From positions 1 to 37,869 of the forward strand of contig JAXIOW010000006.1 in assembly GCA_045403215.1 (NCBI GenBank): a DNA stretch of 37,869 bases. Direction: 5' to 3'. Shown here in pieces: positions 18,831-24,544 of this stretch. The DNA is from Nitrospirales bacterium. Its GTDB lineage: Bacteria > Nitrospirota > Nitrospiria > Nitrospirales > NS-4. Under the pieces are notes generated by a model, which worked only from the letters and a program-made list of their open reading frames with translations, was not told where the DNA came from and did no database searches. The translations under genes and the position numbers were made by a program. The stretch's first letter is position 1, and each line of letters starts with the position of its first letter.

Positions 18831-21800
18831 TCAGGAGAATTCCGGGCTGAAGCCGCGTCTGAGCGTGTTCTCCGAGATGACAGAGCCCGAGACGAACTGG
18901 AGGAGGTAGTCCGGTCCTCCGGCCTTGGCCCCGATACCGGAGAGGCGGCTTCCGCCGAATGGCTGGCGGCCCACCAGCGCGCCGGTGATACCCCGGTTGA
19001 TGTACAGGTTGCCGACCAGGAACTCCTCGCGCGCCCGCGCGATGTTGCAGGGACTCCGTGAGAAGAGCCCGCCGGTGAGCGCGTACTCGGTCGCGTTGGC
19101 GAGGGCCAGGGCCTCGTCGAAGTCCCGCGCCCGCAACACCGCCAAGACCGGCCCGAAGATCTCTTCGCAGGCCAGGCGGTGCGTTGGGCGGATGTTCGTG
19201 ACGATCGCCGGTCCGAGGAAGTTCGGCCCCGGCCGTCGCGCGAGGTCCGGCAGCAACACGGGCGTCCCTTCCTGTTTCGCGATCGCCAGATAGTCCCTCA
19301 CCTTCTGCACGGCGCGTTGATCGATCAGGGGGCCGAGCCCCGTGCCCGGCTCTTCGGGTGGGCCCATGCGCACGCTGCGCGCGGCCTCCACCAGCCGCTC
19401 GACGAAGGCGTCGTGGATGGCGTCCACGACGATCGCGCGCGAGCAGGCGGAGCACTTCTGCCCCTGGTAGCCCAGGAAGGAAGCGATCACGCCTGCCACC
19501 GCTTCATCCAGATCGGCGGTGTCGTCCACGATGATTGCGTTCTTGCCCCCCATTTCCGCGACGACCTTCTTCACCTCCCGCTGCCCCGGCGAGACTCGCG
19601 CCGCATCGGCGATGATCTGGAGGCCGACTGCCTTTGAGCCGGTGAAGGCGATCACGGAGACGTCAGGGTGCGCGACCAGGCGGCGGCCCGCCTCCGGCTC
19701 GCCGGGCAGAAATTGCAGGACGCCGTCCGGCAGCCCGGCCTCGCGGAAGACTTCCACCAGCGCGTGCCCGGTGACCGGGGACCTTTCCGACGGCTTGAAC
19801 GCGACGGTGTTGCCGGTGACCAGCGCCGCGGCCACCATGCCGGTCGGGATTGCGAGCGGAAAGTTCCACGGGGAGAGGACCGCCACGACGCCACGCGGGC
19901 GGTACACCAGGTGGTTGAGCTCACCCGGCAGCGTCCCGAGCCGGATCGGCTCCGCCAGGTGTCGCATCTGTCGGCGGTAGTATTCGAGGAAGTCGATGGC
20001 CTCGGCCACGTCGGCATCGGCGTCGCGCCAGCCCTTGCCCACTTCCAAGGATTCCAGCGCGGCCAGATCGACCCGGCGCCGGCGCAGCAGGTCGGCGGCC
20101 TTCGCCAAGACCGCCATCCGGTCCGACGCGGGAGTCGCCGCCCAGGACCGGCCGCTCGCCACCGCGCGGGCGACGGCCTCGTCCACGTCCTCGGGGACCG
20201 CCGCGCTCACGACGCCGACCACCTCCTCGGGCCTGGCCGGGTTGCGTACGGTCAGGGCTGGTCTCGTGAGGCCTTTGGGCGGGGGGAAGGCCAGCTCGAT
20301 GCGCCGCCCGAGCGTGGCGCGCACGGTGGCGAGCGCGGCACGCATGCGCTCGCGGGCCTCGGCGCGGGAGAAATCCGTGTGAGGCTCGTTCGTGAACCCC
20401 CCACCCTCACCCTCCCCCTCAAGGGGGGAGGGATGGGTGGGGGTGGCGCGTGATTCGACGGGCTCGGCCAGAACGGTCGGGGTGTCTGGGGGCTTCAGCA
20501 ACTCGTCGAGGCGCTGGTTGCCCAGGAACTGGCGGCGCAGGATGGACTCGTTGGCGGTGTTCTCCAACAGGCGCCGGACGAGATAAGCCATGCCGGGAAT
20601 CAAATCGCCGACCGGAGCGTAGACCCGCAGGCGATATCCGGCGTCCACGATGGCGGCCTGAAGCGGCTCGGCCATCCCGTACAGCATCTGGAGCTCCACG
20701 ACCTTCGTCGCGAGCCCCTTACGTTCCGTTTCGGCCATCACCATCGCGACGTGGCGCAGGTTGTGTGTGCCAAATGCCGGCCGGATCACCACGTGGTGCT
20801 CCAGCAGGAGCGGGATCAGCCGTTCGTAGCAGGCGTCGGTGTCGTCCTTGCGGGCGAAGACCGGCACGGGCCACCCGCGCTGGCGGTGCATGATCGTCTC
20901 GTAGTCCCAGTAGGCGCCCTTGACCAAGCGGACGCCCATCGGCGTCCCGCGGGCCTCGGCCCAGGCGAGCAAGTCCCTGATGTCGCGCATGGTGTCCTTC
21001 AGGTATGCCTGCAGCGCGAGGCTGGCGAAGGGATAGGCGCGAAACTCTTCTTCCATAAGGAGGCGTCGGACGATCCCGATCGTCAGGTCCTTCCACTCGT
21101 AGTGCTCCATGTCAAAGGTGACGGCGACCCCGTGCTGCATGGCCGCGCTGAGCAGCGGGCGCAACCGGGCTGCGACGGCCGTGTAGCAGCCCTCCGGATC
21201 GATCGGATCGAACTGCGAGTAGAGCGCCGACAGCTTGATCGACACCTGGGTCCGTGGCAGCGGGCCTAGGTGGTCGGCTTCGAGAAGGGGCGAGGGCCGC
21301 CACTCGCCAGCGGCCGCTGCCAAGGCCGTGATGGCCTCGCGGTAGCGAGCGGCGTAGGCTTCGGCTTCCGGCTCGCAGACTGTCGCCTCGCCCAGGAGGT
21401 CCACCGAGTGCGCGATGCCGCGCTTCCAGAGGTCGGCGACGGCCGGGAGCGCCTCCTTCATGCCAGCGCCCACAATGAACTGGTTCGCCATCTGGATCGC
21501 CTGGGTGTAGATCGTGTCGGCGGTCACGCCGGCTCCGAAGCCGACGGAGGAGAGGGCCCGCATGCCCCAGCGCATGAGCGAGCGCCCGCCAGGGGCGTCC
21601 CGCAGGCCGGCGTCCTGGCCGAAATACTCGTCCACGAGACGCTTGATCTGGGACGGGGTCTTCAGGGTGGGCAGGACGTCAATGAAGCGGAAGAGCTGGA
21701 CCTTGAAGGCGTCGTCGCGGATGGCCCATTCGAGGAGCCGGCCGGTCCACCATTTGCGGTCGAAGAGGCGGGGCGTGGTCGCGGTCGCGGCCTCGTACAG

Positions 21801-21845
21801 CCGCGTCGCGTGGCGGCAGATGTCGTCCTCTGTGGCGACGCCCAT
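18831..21845 (-). CDS. putA: Bifunctional proline dehydrogenase / P5C dehydrogenase (no N-terminal RHH domain)
   Basis: DLLGE, RLVKGAYWD, GTHN, YLVRRLLEN, SPWNFP, FTGS, EMGGKN, GQKCSACS and EEIFGP motifs. Confidence 0.96.
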   Translation of the reverse strand: MGVATEDDICRHATRLYEAATATTPRLFDRKWWTGRLLEWAIRDDAFKVQLFRFIDVLPTLKTPSQIKRLVDEYFGQDAGLRDAPGGRSLMRWGMRALSSVGFGAGVTADTIYTQAIQMANQFIVGAGMKEALPAVADLWKRGIAHSVDLLGEATVCEPEAEAYAARYREAITALAAAAGEWRPSPLLEADHLGPLPRTQVSIKLSALYSQFDPIDPEGCYTAVAARLRPLLSAAMQHGVAVTFDMEHYEWKDLTIGIVRRLLMEEEFRAYPFASLALQAYLKDTMRDIRDLLAWAEARGTPMGVRLVKGAYWDYETIMHRQRGWPVPVFARKDDTDACYERLIPLLLEHHVVIRPAFGTHNLRHVAMVMAETERKGLATKVVELQMLYGMAEPLQAAIVDAGYRLRVYAPVGDLIPGMAYLVRRLLENTANESILRRQFLGNQRLDELLKPPDTPTVLAEPVESRATPTHPSPLEGEGEGGGFTNEPHTDFSRAEARERMRAALATVRATLGRRIELAFPPPKGLTRPALTVRNPARPEEVVGVVSAAVPEDVDEAVARAVASGRSWAATPASDRMAVLAKAADLLRRRRVDLAALESLEVGKGWRDADADVAEAIDFLEYYRRQMRHLAEPIRLGTLPGELNHLVYRPRGVVAVLSPWNFPLAIPTGMVAAALVTGNTVAFKPSERSPVTGHALVEVFREAGLPDGVLQFLPGEPEAGRRLVAHPDVSVIAFTGSKAVGLQIIADAARVSPGQREVKKVVAEMGGKNAIIVDDTADLDEAVAGVIASFLGYQGQKCSACSRAIVVDAIHDAFVERLVEAARSVRMGPPEEPGTGLGPLIDQRAVQKVRDYLAIAKQEGTPVLLPDLARRPGPNFLGPAIVTNIRPTHRLACEEIFGPVLAVLRARDFDEALALANATEYALTGGLFSRSPCNIARAREEFLVGNLYINRGITGALVGRQPFGGSRLSGIGAKAGGPDYLLQFVSGSVISENTLRRGFSPEFS
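20398..20443. repeat. REP-like palindrome embedded in frame in putA
   Basis: CCCCCACCC/GGGTGGGGG outer arms and CCCTCCCCC/GGGGGAGGG inner arms. Encodes PTHPSPLEGEGEGG. Confidence 0.75.
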
Positions 21846-21936
21846 GGCCTCGGACCCTTTCGATCTCCATTATACACCGCGCCTTGGCGCCGTCCTGTCC
21901 TTGAAATCCCTGGCAATGCTGGGCTAGACTGCGCGC

Positions 21937-22545
21937 ATGGCTGAGATTCCCGTCATCACCATCACCGGCTCCCAGCAGAAGGAGCCGAAGGAGTTCTTCA
22001 CGCGGGTCTTCTGCCTGCGCAAGGAGACGCCCCCGCTGGGGCTGCTGGTTGACTATCTGAAGTCACGGGGTGCCAACCCGATCATCCCGGCGGAGGTCAA
22101 TGAGAAGCTGTTGAACAGCTGGAACTGGGTCGGGATCGAGATCGGGTACGCGAAGGACCGCAAGCCGATACTTGTCACCTGCGTGCGCAAGGGCAGCGCC
22201 CAGGACGGGGTCTTCAAGCAGGACATCGAGGGCCTGCTCAACTACGTGGAAGCCCACCGCGAGCTCGATAACTGGCGCGTCGTGGACCAGTTGCGGGGTT
22301 GCCGGTTCTACATTGCGAACGTCCTGGACAAGAACGACATCACGGAGGAGGGCTACGACTTCAACAGCTGGGTCCTCCAGTTCTTCGAGGAGAACTGCGA
22401 CGGGATGGTCCAGATCGACGGCCAGGGCTTCTACGATCCGGAGACCGGCGAGCTGCTCTTCGAACTGCCGCCGAACGACGACGAGCCCGAGCCGCCCCAA
22501 CCCAGCTTGCTCAATCCGGAGAAGCCGAGCCAGCCCGCCAGCTAG
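21937..22545 (+). CDS. Hypothetical cytoplasmic protein (202 aa)
   Basis: Strong high-GC codon bias. TAGACT lies 6 nt before the ATG. No recognised motif. Confidence 0.8.
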   Translation: MAEIPVITITGSQQKEPKEFFTRVFCLRKETPPLGLLVDYLKSRGANPIIPAEVNEKLLNSWNWVGIEIGYAKDRKPILVTCVRKGSAQDGVFKQDIEGLLNYVEAHRELDNWRVVDQLRGCRFYIANVLDKNDITEEGYDFNSWVLQFFEENCDGMVQIDGQGFYDPETGELLFELPPNDDEPEPPQPSLLNPEKPSQPAS

Positions 22546-22609
22546 GCACGCAGTGAGTCTGGACACATTCCAAAACAGTGTGCTATGGTCATGGCCTCGC
22601 TTGGCCGGT

Positions 22610-22685
22610 GCGCCTGTAGCTCAGTGGATAGAGCACAAGCCTCCGGAGCTTGGGGCCGCAGGTTCAAATCCTGTCAGGCGCACCA
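22610..22685 (+). tRNA. tRNA-Arg (CCG)
   Basis: GCGCCTG/CAGGCGC acceptor stem, CAAGC-CT-CCG-GA-GCTTG anticodon arm, GTTCAAA T-loop, encoded CCA. Confidence 0.96.
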
Positions 22686-22715
22686 ACCCCCAGCTTCTCG
22701 CCGATCCTTCCTGGT

Positions 22716-22791
<76 letters not shown>

Positions 22792-22798
22792 CCCCAAT

Positions 22799-22985
22799 TG
22801 TTGTGCCCCACTTAAAATTTGGACAGGTAGCTTTAGTCAGGTGGATGCAGGAAACCCACTGAAATTATTCAACACCCATCGTAGCGGAAGACCGCCGAGG
22901 CCCTCTCAACAGAGTAATGAGCGAGTGCACTCGGATGTCCCTTGAGAAGTGGAGACTCGAACCAGAAATTAAGTGGGGCAGTACA
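22799..22985. mobile_element. Non-autonomous IS3-family-like miniature element (187 bp)
   Basis: Ends 5'-TG...CA-3'. Terminal IRs TGTTGTGCCCCACTTAAAATTTGG and TGTACTGCCCCACTTAATTTCTGG match at 19/24. No transposase ORF and no clear target duplication. Confidence 0.65.
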
Positions 22986-23092
22986 ACGATGAGGAATACG
23001 GACTCGGAGGGTTAGGAAAACAAATGAGGCAACGATGCCTCCGCAGGGTTAGGTTGTGCAGGGTTAGATTTTAGATGGCATAAATCGATAGC

Positions 23093-23121
23093 TTGCATTC
23101 GATTTTTGTGTACGGTATGAT
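23093..23121 (+). promoter_or_regulatory. sigma70 promoter for the repeat-protein gene
   Basis: TTGCAT-17 nt-TATGAT. Confidence 0.65.
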
Positions 23122-23237
23122 GCCGCCAGTCTAACCTGGCCATGGTACGCCGGTGCTGTGGTCCCCCCGGCCCGGCTCCAGCGTCCAACCCAGGGCAAAC
23201 CCGTAACGAAGGAGATCCCGAAGGAAGGGAGGTACGT

Positions 23238-23795
23238 ATGGATGAGTCCAAGGGTATTGTTGAGTCCGTCAAGGAGGCGATCGTCGGTTCGATCCGGGGC
23301 ACTGGCGAGATCGCGAGCGCCGTAGTTGACACCGTCAGCGGGACCTTGGTGCACACGATCAAGGGCACGGGTGCTGTGGGAACCGCCATCACTAGTATCG
23401 TGTCCGACATTCTGCGGGGCGTCATCCAGGGGACGTCCCAGATCGGCGGCGACGTGGGAGTCGCGGCCAAGGAGGCCGTTCTGGGCGTCCTACGCGGCAC
23501 GAAGGAGGTCGGCGTCGGAGCCAGCGAAGCGATCAGCGCTAGCGCGAGTGCGGTCGTCAAAGCGACGGCTGAGGTCGGGGGCGATGTCGCAAAGGCCGCG
23601 CGGAGCGCCGTGGAGGGCGCGATTGCGGGCGCCAAGGAGTTGGGCATCAACGTCGAGGAAGCCGCAACGGCCGCGGCGACCGGGGCCATTAAGGGCGCCG
23701 GCTCGATCAGCAAGGCGGCGGTGGAGCAGGTCCGAGACGTGGTGACGGGAACGATCAGTGGTGTCAAGGTTGTGGTGAAGGAGCCGTTAAAGTAA
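23238..23795 (+). CDS. Gly/Ala/Val-rich protein of seven 22-aa amphipathic repeats
   Basis: GGAGG SD before ATG 23238. Units such as GSIRGTGEIASAVVDTVSGTLV recur every 22 aa without gaps. Confidence 0.85.
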   Translation: MDESKGIVESVKEAIVGSIRGTGEIASAVVDTVSGTLVHTIKGTGAVGTAITSIVSDILRGVIQGTSQIGGDVGVAAKEAVLGVLRGTKEVGVGASEAISASASAVVKATAEVGGDVAKAARSAVEGAIAGAKELGINVEEAATAAATGAIKGAGSISKAAVEQVRDVVTGTISGVKVVVKEPLK

Positions 23796-23879
23796 CCGGT
23801 CACCGCGCCGCACCTCGCCGTCCACACGCATCGACGACCGCGCCCTGCGGGTCGTGCTGCCACCCAGCGCGAAATTTTC

Positions 23880-23908
23880 TTGACAAAACCACGCCAAAGT
23901 CATGTAAT
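23880..23908 (+). promoter_or_regulatory. Putative sigma70 promoter
   Basis: TTGACA-17 nt-TGTAAT. Perfect -35, imperfect -10. Confidence 0.5.
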
Positions 23909-23966
23909 TAAGGAAGTTTTGCTCTTCAGCCAGCCTTAGCGGGCAGGCGCAGAGGCCTGTAAGTTG

Positions 23967-24027
23967 AAGGCGCAATCGGTCCTCTCCCTTGGACCAAGCG
24001 GGAGAACGCGATTGCGCCTTGTTTTTT
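23967..24027 (+). terminator. Intrinsic terminator-like hairpin upstream of the XRE gene
   Basis: 12-bp perfect arms AAGGCGCAATCG/CGATTGCGCCTT, inner TCTCCC/GGGAGA, followed by GTTTTTT. Confidence 0.7.
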
Positions 24028-24043
24028 GGGGGCAGATCGCTAC

Positions 24044-24385
24044 ATGAGCGAAGCAGACGAACGAGCCTCATTGAATCAGCCCTCTCTAACGGGAGGGGAC
24101 CCCGCTGACACCCCTCCCGTACCCACTGTATCGCCGGTCGGCCTGCGGCGTCGTGGTCGTCCGAAGGGGCAGAGTTACATGGAACCGGCCCTCCTTGTGA
24201 CCATCCGGCAGCGGCTAAAGCTTTCCCAGGCGATCCTCGCCAAGATCGTGGGGGTATCGCGCACCACGGTCAGCATGTGGGAGAACGGACACGTACCGAT
24301 TCCCAAGGCGGCGGTTGAGTTGCTCAATCGGCTGTTCCCCTGGCTCGATCGACCAGTAAGACAATATTCGCAGCCTCCCGTCTGA
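24044..24385 (+). CDS. XRE/Cro-type HTH regulator with AT-hook-like motif
   Basis: RRRGRPK, then IRQRLKLSQAILAKIVGVSRTTVSMWENG. Alternative start at ATG 24179. Confidence 0.78.
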   Translation: MSEADERASLNQPSLTGGDPADTPPVPTVSPVGLRRRGRPKGQSYMEPALLVTIRQRLKLSQAILAKIVGVSRTTVSMWENGHVPIPKAAVELLNRLFPWLDRPVRQYSQPPV

Positions 24386-24475
24386 GCCGTCGCCGGCCCC
24401 GTTCTTCTGCCAACCTTGAAACGCGGCGCCTCGTTGGGTGCCGGGCTTGCCCTGACCAGTAACGAGGGGCTCGCC

Positions 24476-24504
24476 TTGACAAGCCATAGGCTATGAGATA
24501 GGTT
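24476..24504 (+). promoter_or_regulatory. sigma70 promoter for the cyclase fusion gene
   Basis: TTGACA-17 nt-TAGGTT. Confidence 0.6.
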
Positions 24505-24544
24505 GACCTTCTCTCAGGAATAACCAGACGTTGGGTATGGTTGT

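Noticed and set aside
22990-23070. Short direct repeats as a mini-CRISPR array
   Set aside because: The repeats are only 8-10 bp with irregular spacing, and there are no cas genes.
23077-23098. TGGCAT...TTGCAT as a sigma54 promoter
   Set aside because: The spacer is 11 nt rather than the 5 nt required. TTGCAT fits better as a sigma70 -35.
23191-23225. CAGGGCAAACC resembling the start of a c-di-GMP-I riboswitch
   Set aside because: The required GNRA-capped P2 and the GGGACGCAAAG continuation are absent.
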